64,000 nucleotides of DNA, taken from Chlorokybus atmophyticus. Lineage: Eukaryota; Plantae; Mesostigma and Chlorokybus algae. A program made the translations under genes and the position numbers. The stretch spans positions 1,617,186 through 1,681,185 of the forward strand of contig RHPI01002533.1 of NCBI GenBank assembly GCA_009103225.1, in the 5' to 3' direction. Shown here piece by piece: positions 1 through 11,700 of the stretch (positions are counted from its first letter, which is position 1; the number at the start of each line of letters is the position of its first letter). The notes under the pieces were generated by a model. The model made no database searches and was not told the DNA's origin. It saw nothing but the letters and a program-made list of their open reading frames with translations.

Positions 1-2029
1 GGCAAGCGCGCTGAAATGAGTTTTTGTCCAGGTTCACCTTTGATTGGGTGTATCGGGCGGGCAAAACCAATGTGGCTGACCCTTTAAGTTGCTGCCCGAC
101 ATTACGAACGGTGGTGCACGCGCAATTACTCGCGTCACGCAGCACATTGTCTCCCCATGATGAGTTTGTGCAAACTGTTGTACAGAGGTACACTCTTGAC
201 CCGTGGTTTTCTAATGCAGACAACTTACAAAAGTTTGACAAACGTGACAATCTGTATTACATGAGCAACAGGTTGGCGATCCCTGATCATGCTGAATGGC
301 GTGTAAAATGCATAGCGGATGTACACGATCCACCTTACGCTGGGCACTTTGGTAGTCGCAAGACCACTAAAACAGCGCAACAGTTGTACTGGTGGCCATC
401 GTTGCCTGCTGATGTGAAGGGTATGTGGACACGTGTGACAAATGTCAACGTCACAAACCGTTACGTCAAAAGCCCACGGGGCTACTGCGGCCGTTATCAG
501 TTCCTGACAGCAAGTGGGAAAGTGTGAGTATGGACCTTATCACTGAGCTCCCTGAGACAGCGTTGGGTCATACTGCGGTTGCAATGTTTGTGGATCGTTT
601 GACCAAAGTGGTTCACATTGTTCCTTGCCGTATGGAGATAGGCTCCCGTGATTTAGCAATGGTTTTTGTCGCGTAAGTTTAAGTTGCATGGCTTGCCTCG
701 CAACATTGTCTCTGACCGTGACCCCAGGTTTGTGGCTCAGTTTTGGAAGTCGCTATGCAACTTCCTGCAGATACAGCAGCACATGAGTACCGCTTATCAT
801 CCGCAGACGGATGGTCAGACTGAACGACCCCAATCAAGTGATCAAGGAAACCATTCGGCATTATGTGAGTCCGAATCAGTCTGATTGGGATATTAATCTT
901 TCAATGGCTGAGTTCGCGATTAACAATGCATGGCAAGAGAGCGTGCAGGAAACTCCGTTATTTTTAAATTACGGAGTGCATTCACAAAGTCCTACGGGTA
1001 TTAAGTTGCCAGCTAACGACTTGACTCGTGTGCCTGCAGCGCGCGAGATGGCTGCGGCCATGCAGGACAGGTTTGCAAAGAGCTGTCTACGCGCAGCGCA
1101 AGACAGACAAAAAGCCCAAGCTGATAAGCATCGTAGGCAGGCCGACTATGATGTGGGCAATTCGGTGCTTTTAAGCACTTAAAACATATCCATCAAGGGA
1201 GTGGGTACCCGAAAGTTTTTCCCTCGCTGGATAGGCCCCTTCAAAGTGGTTGATCGGGTCGGCACTCACTCGTATCGGTTGGAGTTACCACAATCCGTAC
1301 ATATTTATGTGAGTGTATTGAAACCGTACCGTTCAGACGGTCGGGTTCAACCTCCTCCACCCCCAGTCACAGTGGATGGCGATGATACTTTCGAGTATGA
1401 GGTAGAAACAATTCTGAGTCACCGTAAGCCCCGACGCGGACGCGCGCCGACTTACTTGGTGAAATGGAAAGGGTATGGTGTGTTCAACACCATACCCAAC
1501 ACGTGGGAACCCGAAAGGAATCTCACCAATTGCCAGAAGACTCTTCGGGCGTACTCGAGTGATGTGTCCGCACGCGGACGGTAAAAGGGTGCTGGCAGAC
1601 ATCTTTATCGCTTCGGCCCTGGTTCATTTCTCACTCAGGTTTTTAGTGCTCACGGTGGGGCCTTGCTAACCCTTGAATAAGGACATTGAAACCTAAGTGG
1701 GGGGGAATGTAACGGAGTGCTATTGCTATGCAGTTCCCCGCCCTTATTTAATGAGAAACCCCAACGGGATAAACACAGCCATTAAAGTCGTATTAGGGCC
1801 TTTATAGGCCCTAATAAGGTGTTATGTTATTTAACATCGATATCGACTTGAGACATGAGTTTTAAGTCGATAACGGCCTCATGGCGGCGCTGCTAACGCA
1901 CAGACCGCCATAGGCAGAGGATCCTTCGATCCCCTGGCTGCCAGCGGCGGCGGCAGCGGTGACGTGGATGTGGTTGGTGGTGTTGGGGTAGGGGATTAAA
2001 GGGGGCAGTAGCATTCCCCCCCCCTTACA
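1..2029 (+). mobile_element. Ty3/gypsy (chromovirus-type) LTR retrotransposon, 3' part: degenerate pol (RNaseH end, integrase, chromodomain), PPT and 3' LTR
   Basis: The fragments read ADPLS (RNaseH end), HDPPYAGHFG...CDKCQ (integrase Zn finger), WESVSMDLITELP / FVDRLTK / IVSDRDPRF / [14 protein letters not shown] (integrase core), KFFPRWIGPFKV (GPF motif) and EYEVETIL...YLVKWKGY...NTWEPERNL (chromodomain). They are spread over frames with stops and frameshifts. Confidence 0.93.
1708..2029 (+). repeat. Putative 3' LTR (TGTAA...TTACA) preceded by polypurine tract
   Basis: PPT aagtgggggggaa at 1695-1707 abuts TGTAAC at 1708. The matching TTACA is at 2025-2029. An internal 11-bp inverted repeat (tattagggcct/aggccctaata) lies at 1791-1816. 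The 5' LTR is outside the window, so the end point is not confirmed. Confidence 0.65.
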
Positions 2030-2655
2030 GACACCCAGATTGGTTCAGCGCCAACCGCATGGAACAGACGCACGCCTAAGATATCAAACGGTGGGCGCGT
2101 GGTGGCAACAACTGGGACTACCAGGCGTGCATCATGAAGGCACGGAGCTGTGCGAAATATGTGAGAGAGGTTGGCATGGTCGTGGATCTCGAGATGCACT
2201 CGGTCATGGCGCAGGCGCGGCAGCAGTGCTGCAATGCAATGGAGACGACGGACAAGTTGCTACGGATGGATGTGCTGACAATGAGGGAGTCCAGCCCGTA
2301 CTCGAGCGATTCTGCCGTAGCCGCCAAATTGCCTTGAAGACTCCATTCGCCGACAAGCTGCCTGCCACCCTGGACAGCTGGTTGAGCAGGGAACAACTGG
2401 AGTTGGTCGACGGGCGGTGTGCTGTTCGCGTGGTACAAGTCGCGGACAAGGCGTGGACAAGTTGTCCCATCAACCATAGGAGATAAGTGCGCACTACAAG
2501 TGCGACTTTACGTGCGAGACACAAGACGTTTAAAACCGCCTCATTTTCATTTTCGCGCCTCGTACATTTGGGCGGGCCAATTGGCGGTGGCAGCGTTGGA
2601 TGCGGCAGCAACCACCATTAGCTAGGCAGGCGGCACCCGATTATCAGCTAGAGAG

Positions 2656-5465
2656 ATGCCCCGTGGTCCATCTGTAGGTGCACCTCGTCGTGGAGGTCGA
2701 CGCCCAAAATCCACATTGCCCTTGGTGTTCAACCAGGCAACCGTCGCCAACCCGCAGCAGCCACTCTTGGCTAGTCAATCGCAGCAAGACCCCGCGCTAA
2801 TGCCAAGCCCATCATAACAACTCCACCTGACACCGCAGTCGCAAGGGCAAGCTAAAATGCATGCGTTCTTGATGCACTGTGCACGTTGCTTCTTGCTCAA
2901 CTTCAAACTTTGATGCTTGCTTTTTTTAAGACTAGCACAGTGACTCATTACATGCGTTCTGAATACACTGTGCGCGTTGCTTCTTGCTCATCCGTGAGGG
3001 TTGCATCTTTTGTGGCTGGGAGCATGACTCACATGGTTGTGCTTGCAGAGGGTCGATTCAAATCCCACACCCAAACACATTTGGCCGTGACGTAGCAACA
3101 TCGGCCGTCAGCAGCCCTTCCCCAAGCAACTGGAAGATTGGCAACGAGGTAAGCACTGTGTGACACTGTGACACTATGACACTGTGTGCAACGGATTGTT
3201 CTTCTGTGGACAGCATTTGCAAGATGCCATCGTTGAAATCATAAGTGCCCACTGGGTAGAAGTCACCACCTTTATCCCAAGGAGGACGCTATTCGTAGCT
3301 GTCACGCCTATAAGGCTAGCTAAAGTCATTCTCTGTTCCTTACTTATGTAAGTAAGATGAGACCGGGTGCGTTTCTCATGTCATAAGCATGTGTAGTGCT
3401 TGTGGGGTGGCTCTCACGTGGTCTGCTCTTGAGCCTATGAGGCTTTGAGTGAGATAAACTATACAAGGTATTGCATATCAGCAAGCACAGAGCTGGTCGG
3501 TACCATTGAGACATGGCCATGTGAGCCATGTGTCCGCATGTGTGAGCATATGTTTGCATGTGCATATGTCCGCATATGAGTGCATATGTGAGGATATGAG
3601 GTACGTACTAGATGTATGCATGTGTATGCATATGTGTGCATAGGGATGCATATGTATGCATGTGTGTGATGTCCTAGGCTGATATGACCAGCCAAGGACG
3701 TTCACATTGCCCAAGGGTGATGTTTGTGATGTCTAAGGCTGATATCACCAGCCAAGGACGTTCACAATGTCCGAGGCTGATGTGTGATCAGTCTTGGACA
3801 CCAAACAAGGGCTGATGTGGCAGCCCTAGACACGAGTTGTGGCCAACGCAGCCATGACAAGTCAAGTAGCCTTGGACTTGGATGTTTTAGGTCGGAGAGC
3901 AAACAGGGGGTATATGAACGGCCTCAACAAGTGTTGAAGGGGCTCAGCATGTGCATACTCGACTCTTGTGTGTGGGGTGCCTAGTTTAGTTGTTTGAGGG
4001 GCTCTCCCTCTCATCCCATGTGGGGTGTGATGCTTGTGGCAGCTCGGCACATGTGTGTGGGGTGTGCTTGAGTGTGCATGTGTGTGGGAGATGAGTAGAG
4101 AGGTTGGTGGCATCCTCTCCTTCCTTGGTGCGGTGCTGTGACTTCCCCTTCAAGGTACTGCACCGTGTGTTTAGCAAATCGCTGGTCGGGCTTTCGGCAG
4201 TAAGTCCTTGTGTCTGTGCATAAGTTTGCCAAGCCGTCCAGCAAGTAAGTGAGTGGTATCGTTACGAGAACGTCATGTGTCAAGTGCTGTGAATGCTTCA
4301 TGACCTCCCTGCACCGTGACACTAACCAACCTGCCCGTTACAGGTAGTTGGCTTTGATCATGACGAGGCCGATGCGGCCAAAATCTATAAGGTGTACCAG
4401 ACGCCCAAGGAGTGCCCCTTCCACAGGAGTGTCGCCTTTTTTGAAGAAAACTTCGCAGGTCCGGTCTGAGAACGTCACTAAGATCAAGCATGTCCTTGAG
4501 AAGGAGTACAAGTGGACAATATCTAACAGCAACAAGCGCAAGTGAGTAGGGTCCTCCACCACCATGTTTGCTATGCAACACTGCCTCCTTACTCAGCCTC
4601 CATACAAACGTACGCATCTTGCCTATTGTAACCGATTCAATTACGCACATCGACGCCCCAATGGACCCCGAGACCCAAAAAGCGCAGATGCGCAACGCGC
4701 TCCGAGGTAAGTCATAGGCACTATTCTAGCCTAGTGCAGGCTCAACTTGAACTATCTACATTGTGACCAATGCCTTGTTGGTATGACTCTCGCAGACAAG
4801 TCATGACGGAAAGCTGAGGTGACCGACAATGCAAACCCGGAGCAGAGGAGATACATCCATGAATGGGGCAATCCCATAATCTGGTAACTTACTTATTTAA
4901 AATAATTTAGCAATGCTAGTCTTACACCGTTACTTTACCTGGTCGCCGGCAGCTGACAGTCAACCACCTCGAATACCTGTTGCTTACGGTGAGCACTCAG
5001 AACTGGATTATTAACAATTCTGGAATGCTGTAGCCCCAAACTACAGGCTTGCAAACGCACTGCAGCAAATAGTGGCTTTCAATGCCATCAAGACATGTCT
5101 GTAAACTACGCAGATGGAGCGCATCCTTAAAGGGCAAGGATGGAGACCCTCTCCTAGCTGCCACCATCAACACACATGAAGAGTACCTCAGCGAAATCAA
5201 CACCATGATCGTGTCAATGAAGCGGAAGATGACGCAACTGTACGCAGTCCTCCAGCCATTCACCCTTGTGAAACGCCGCACTGCATTTTGTGTTGAATAC
5301 CTGAAAGATCCCTATTGGCGCCGGTTGCAAGAGATCGCTCGTGACCCGTTCGCTCAGGCAGAAGCGGCATTGAATTGGCCGGCGCAACCGTTTAAGGAGG
5401 AGGAAGAGCAACAGCAAGCTCTGGTGTCCTCTGCGTTCCCCAGCGCGTGGTGCTTTGTTTCATGA
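2656..5465 (+). CDS. Hypothetical multi-exon gene or pseudogene, no recognised family
   Basis: There is a series of AG/GT-bounded coding-like segments: 3048-3148 (GSIQIPHPNTFGRD...WKIGNE|gtaag), ~4405-4542 (...KHVLEKEYKWTISNSNKR|gtgag), ~4608-4707 and the last exon ~5116-5465 (ORF 5082..5465). Start codon and full phase continuity were not resolved. Confidence 0.4.
3661..3788. repeat. Tandem repeat, 60-bp unit, ~2 copies (after a degenerate CATATG/TGCA-rich tract at ~3530-3665)
   Basis: Lines 3661 and 3721 align base for base (...ggctgatatgaccagccaaggacgttcacattgccc / ...ggctgatatcaccagccaaggacgttcacaatgtcc). Confidence 0.85.
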
Positions 5466-5870
5466 TGACGTGCAAGGCTATAATGGCAAGGAGCTGGAGC
5501 AGTTGATAGTTTGTTTAGCTAGTAGTGTACACAGCTGCAAGGCTCTTGTGACTTAGTGTTGTGCATCTCAAACCAGCTCAGTCCATCGTCATTATGCTCA
5601 TGCATGTAGCAACTTGCATCCCTATGATATACAACAGAATTGCAAGCAACGCAAATCACATAATTGAACTACAAGCCTTGGCAAGTGACTAATAGACACT
5701 GTACACACCTCAAGTACCTGTATACAACACATAACGATGCTGGCAGTCAGTGACAGTCGCGTGTAGTCATGCTGTGCAAATACATATAACGACAATTAGG
5801 CATCAGTCACCTTTAGTTGCTTGAAGAATGCCTTATCTTGTCGACAATTACCGAGTTGGTGCTTGTGAAT

Positions 5871-6004
5871 TAGGCTCAGTCGCCTGCGCTACACTAGTGT
5901 GACACCTGCAGGTGCCTGTCACATAGGCTGAGTTACATAGGCTGAATCGCCTGCGCTGTACTGGTGTGTAACCTGCAGGTGCCTGTCACATAGGCTAAGT
6001 CACC
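5871..6004. repeat. Tandem repeat, 67-bp unit, 2 copies
   Basis: taggct..tcgcctgcgct...cctgcaggtgcctgtcacataggct starts at 5871 and again at 5938. Confidence 0.85.
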
Positions 6005-6319
6005 TAAGTTGAACTGATGTGTAACTTNGGGAGGGGTTCTTTTGGAATGGATTTTTGCGAGACGGCGTTTGCGCCCAACAGTCGCGAGTGTAAATCGGGT
6101 CTTTGAGCAGAGTATAATATGTGCCGACTTTACGATTGGCTTTTGCCGCAAAGTACGCAAGTGCGCTCGTAATAACGATAGGAAGCAGATGTGCAATCTC
6201 TGCGGAATGCGCGACAACATTGTGTTCGTTGCATGGATACATCGCAATTGCATACCATAGATAAGGTAGCTCATTTTGACACGCATCATATTAAAATACA
6301 TTACGAGCTTTTACATGCA

Positions 6320-7900
6320 AGTTAAACTAGCAGCCTAAAGTCACGTGATAAGATGAGCTTGCATGTAATTGAAAAAATACAAATGCACCAAGTACTCAGT
6401 GACCGAATGCTTCGACATACGCATCCCTTGCAAGATGCAATCACGAGCATCAAGCAAGATGTACAACAGCATCGTATGATGCAGATGGTAAATGTTTGCC
6501 AAGACATATGATAAATATTAAATAAATTGAAAATATGACAGAACGCGCTAATGTCAAGATGAATAGCAACATAGCTGAGGGCTTCTTGCAACCGTGAGCG
6601 CCGGTTCTGGTGCAAGCCACGGAAGATGTAACATGTGCCCAACGGCATGCCACAAGCGGTAGCCCCTGCCAAGAACAACTCCAACTCACGGCTAAACAGC
6701 ACTCCTGCTGTATTTCGTACAAGAATGCATGGTGCTGCTTGATTCTTACAATTCTTCAAAGTGCTAAGTTGCACCAGCACTCAGTCAAAGTTGCTCACGT
6801 TGTCCACACGCGTTTGGCAGCTTTCTCCCCCACGTTGACACGTGCTCCAAAGGTACACATTCAACAAATGGTCTCGAATAAGCAGCAGCTGAAGCACGTC
6901 AGTAGCTTTGCCTATCCGCTGTTTCATATGTTGTAAAAGCTGATGTATGTGGCTCTCGTTAAGGGGTTGAGCCTGTCGAAGGCGCCACCCATCAGCCAAA
7001 AGCACGCGATGATATCCCTTCAGGTACTGGCGTGTCGCGTGATCCGTGGGGACAACTCGTAGACGGAGTTGTTTCGAAGATCATTGAATAAAACGAATTT
7101 GCAAACAACTGAATCATGAGTTTTTTGATTGCAACATCATTTGGATCAAACTATAGTTGTACAATGTACACAAGATTTGCGACAAGCAACTTTCAATCTG
7201 TTATGTTAACTTTTGATATAATGTGCTCACTATTCAATTAACACATAGTGTGTGTTGGTATAACATGCTGCTAATAAGGCATTCAAGTAGCACTTGCATG
7301 ACTGTGATGTGTACATAGAAGCAGCTTTGCATAGCTTTTAGCGGGGAGGCGCTCAATACGGCCAAGCTTGTGGCATGATTGTTGAGATGCAAAGGCAAGG
7401 AGCATGGCGGACAACCCATATGGTCACACATTATACGCAGGTGAGTAAGTGAGATGAGATTAACATAGCAACATGCGCAAAGCGCTCGGGGCTATCAATG
7501 TGGTCTGACACTCCAAGACCTTTCACAAAGAGTCTGTCTCTCACGCGCAAGAACTCAAAGTTATGCACGGGCAGCTGCATTACCTGCACCCACCATGGCT
7601 TGTGCACCCATTCGGGTACAACCATAATACAATTGCGTTGATGGTGCGCTACCAGGCGCACCGTCAAGGCGACCAGAGCCAGCGGAGGGAGCACCCCAGC
7701 CAAGCCTTCGGTGGCAACGCACCAGTCCAAGGTAATGGCGTTGCCAGCAGCACCAGGACAGGCAGCTGCAGCAAAGATCAGCTGTGCCTTGGCGTTAACC
7801 TCTTAAGTGAAGCAATCCAAGGTTGGTTGACCCCATCTGTTGAGTGCAACTGCCATTCCTGCTGCCACAACACTTCCCACAAGTGTGCAGCTCTCCCTTA
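6320..7900 (-). mobile_element. Degenerate DIRS-like (tyrosine recombinase) retrotransposon: MT domain and YR fragments
   Basis: The minus strand at ~7850-7500 reads RWGQPTLDCFT*EVNAKAQLIFAAAACPGAAGNAITLDW...LPPLALVALTVRLV...CIMVVPEWVHKPWWVQV. This matches the DIRS1 pol C-terminal methyltransferase-like domain (WG.P..D.FA...N.K...F.....PG....DA...DW...NPP...I...ILVVP.W...PWW) with an in-frame stop. Downstream, 7005-6781 reads RQAQPLNESHIHQLL...IRDHLLNVYLWSTCQRGGE, like the YR N-terminus with its box I Arg, then YIFRGL...ALSY in another frame. Confidence 0.78.
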
Positions 7901-8591
7901 AGATACGGATCACTTGCGGAGCAGTCAGCTTGCTAAGGTTGCTCAGAGCTGGCAGTCCCCTTGTAAGGTGAGTGTTACATGAAATATGTTTGTTTCAAAT
8001 GTTGCAATACAATGGGCAACTTTTTGAATTGCTAGGCGCAGTGAACTTCACTGACGTAGACTTCACTGAGCGAAGGCTGCAGAAGTTGATGAACGAGCAC
8101 AACTTTGCGGCAACTTGCTTTCACCGTGACAAAGTCACGTGACTCCAGTATCATTGTCATCACCATACCCATTGCTTAAATTGACAATACCATACGAACC
8201 GGTACCGGCGCCTTGAAATCACTTGTTGTCCGGATGAATTAACATAGATACCAGACGCGCAGCCTGCTGCGCGTCTGGTATAGTGCAGTATGATTCCCCA
8301 GTCATACTGCAATGTACTGATCGTTTAATAACAGCACCATTACTGACCGACAGTCTAGGCAATGGTGTCGACTTGAGTTGAGGGCGAATGCCACTGTCCG
8401 TTATGTTGCTCCAGATGTCTGTTCGCTCAGTACTACTCCCCCCGCTATGTGGCGGCGGCGGCGGCGGCGACAGGCGCGAGGATGTCCTTTTGACAAAGCA
8501 GTAGTGGAAACATCATACACAAATTTGTGTAGCATAATGTCGCCCTGATCGTTCACTCTACAGCCTAGAAGCCTAGACACACACTTTGCTG

Positions 8592-8594
<3 letters not shown>

Positions 8595-8671
<77 letters not shown>
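8595..8671. repeat. (CA)n microsatellite just upstream of the GH26-GT2 start codon
   Basis: Seen directly in the sequence. Confidence 0.97.
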
Positions 8672-8672
<1 letters not shown>

Positions 8673-8705
8673 CCATACTATTCTGTATACACACACACAT
8701 ACACC

Positions 8706-11700
8706 ATGGCTAAGATCGCGAGGTGTGCGCTACTGGCGGTAGCAATCCTCATCATCACAGCGTCGTTTGATCTTGTATGGCATCCTGTAGAAGCAGCGGC
8801 GACCTTGTCAAGCAGGCCCCTTGCGTTGCTGGAGCCGGAGTATGGCGTGTACTTTGGCGTCAACATGAACAACAGGTGCTGATCCTCGATTGTGTTCGTC
8901 GATTGGGTGTGTACGAGATTAAACGTTTCAGCAACCTGGTAGCACAATGGTTGAAACTGTAAGTTCATAAAAGTTGAGACAATCCAGCATTTGTCCACAA
9001 TGGAGTAAGTTGAGCGATTGTCTCAGTTTCAGAATTGATCTTGACCATGCCGTGCCAAATGATGCGCGCGGCATTCCTTCACAATCAACGCGTATACACA
9101 TCGTCTTGTTCTCGACCTGTTAGCTAGTACACATGTGCAGCAAGCAGGCTGAATTGCCTTGCAAGCACAAAGTGCCCGCAGTTTAGACTAAACACGTCAC
9201 CAGTCGGTCACACAGAACTTGCCACTGCCCAGCTGTCAGCTTCCGTATTGCACACGCAAGGAATAGGCAATGATCTAAGCTCAAACTGACATCAACAACC
9301 ACAAATAACACTACCACCACCACCACCACCACCACCAACCACCACCACTACTGGCAGCGTGCCATTGGATGCGTACGAGGCCCAGCTGGGGCTGACGCCA
9401 GCCGCGTACGTGATCTTCATCGAGTTCCCGCTGCAAGACAGCGACGTCGCTCTCCTCCGGGGCTTCTTCGCAAAGGTGAGAGAGTGGGTGTGTTTGCTAC
9501 CTTTGAGCAGCAGATAGTGGACCAGCGCCACCGTGAAACCCACACGCACGCACGCACACGCATAGGCACGCGTTCGCACGATGCCACGCGCGGTTGCGCA
9601 CAGGCACATACACCCGAACACGCAAAGCATCTGCACATGCGCGTGTGCGTGGCATGCACATGCACGCACGATCATGTCCGCACGCGTGTGGTGGTTTGTG
9701 GTCACGCACACGCGCACAGCACACCCACACCCACACCCACACCCACACCCACACCCACACCCACACCCACACCCACACCCACACCCACACCCACACCCAC
9801 ACTCCCCCCTCCCCAGCTCGCCCCTCTGGGCGCCCTCGCCGTCGTGACCGCCGAGCCCGTCTCCGGCCTCTCCCTCGTCTCCGAACCCGAGTGCCGTCGC
9901 CTCGGCACGGAACTCGCCGGCGCGGAGAGGGCGGGAGTCGGGGGGGTCGTGGTGAGGTTCGCGCACGAGATGAACGGGAGCTGGTATCCGTGGAGCCAGA
10001 GGCCGGGGGAGTATAGGGAGAAGTTCAGGCTACTGGCCAAGTGAGTTGGGGGGGGTGTACGATATGTGGTTGGGTGGTCGTGGTATGGATGTGGGGCTGG
10101 GGTGTGCGGGGCCAGTGTCACAACCACTGCTTTGCACAGACTGTGGGACTAGTTGTTGTTGTGCGCTCGTTTAATCGGAGCATCCTGCGACCCCGTGTTT
10201 GACTGACCGCTCGTTGGGGTTTTACTTATTAGCCCGTGGTTGTTGTTGTTGTTGCGCTCAACTTATCTTTTGTTGTTTGTGTGGCAGGGTGATCAAGGAG
10301 ATGACGTGCAGGACGGCAATGCTTTGGGCTCCCAACAACGGCGGCGGCTACCCGTTCTCGGGGGGAGTGTACGAGTGCCGAAAGGGCGAGTGCGACGACT
10401 TCAACGTAAGCATGGCAAGAAGTGGTACATGTATCAACACATCCCAACATACTCCTCCTCGTGCAGCTCCTCGACACGGACGGCGACGGCGTGTTGACCA
10501 TGGCGGATGACATGTACGAGCCGTACTACCCGGGCGACGACGCGACGGACTGGGTCGGAATGACCATCTATCACTGGGGACTCAAGTACCCGTGGGGAGA
10601 GAACCACGTGTCGGAACCGCTGCAGTTCTTCCAGATGGTGGGCGAGAGTGTGTATTTGTGCGTGGGCGTGGGCGTGTATATCTGCTCACGTGTGCATTGC
10701 GCGTGCGCCTCTGTGTGCGTAAGTGTGTGCGTGTACGCGTGCGTGTGAGCCTGCGCGCGTGGTGGCATGCGCGCGCGCGCACGCGCCTGCGTGCCTGTGA
10801 GCCTATGTGTGTGCGCGCGCGCATGTTCGTACGTGCCTACGCGTGTGTCCACACGCGTGTATATAAGTGTGCGTGTACAAGCGTTATGCCTGCTTGATTG
10901 GCGTACGTGTGCGCGTGTGCGTGCGCATGTGGGCGGATTCATATATCTCTCGTGCGTCCCCAGTTCACTGGCACCTACAACGGCAGCGACGGCGACCAGA
11001 CCGCCGTCCCGGACTTTTACGCGACGTACAGCGGCGAGGACAGCGTGCACGCCAAGCCGTTTGCCATCCCCGAGACCGGCGCCTTCTTCAACACGGAGTA
11101 TTACGGACCTGGGGACGACGAGTTCAGCATCAAACAGGCGTGGTGGATACAGGTAAGGCATTGTCGTTGCTGATGTTGCTGTTGTTGTTGTTGTTGTTGG
11201 CAGTATCATCGAGCTACAGTAAGCGACAATACTATACACGATGTTCTTGCTATTGTCGAGTTGTTGTTGTTCTGAGTATATGCAGAGTTGAGTGACTGCA
11301 TCATGATGTAACACACACCTCCTGCGTAGGTGTTCAACGTGTACGGCGACAACTCGTACGCGGTGGACATCTCGGTCCACTTCCCTCGCATCCACATGAT
11401 CAACTGGTTCGACTGGAAGAAGTCCGAGCAGGAGGCGTATGGCGGCGACATTGTCGACTGGTCAATCTCGCTTAACCCCTCAGTAAGTGACTGTGAACAT
11501 ACACACCCACTCTCTCACATATTGCTCACCTGACTCAAACTGTGTGTTGGGGTAGATTCGTGACGCGTTCAAGAGCTACATCACGCGTCCGATGGCGGAC
11601 GGCCGCACGTACGTGAAGCTACGGCCGGAGCTTAAGTGGGAGCTCGGCGCCATTGATACGTCCCTCGTGCCCAAGTCTATGAAAGTGACCAAAGGTGAGA

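Noticed and set aside
4335-4342. ccgttaca, a perfect inverse of the LTR start tgtaacgg, as an alternative LTR end
   Set aside because: It would imply a 2.6-kb LTR containing a spliced gene, and it coincides with a splice acceptor. TTACA at 2029 is more parsimonious.
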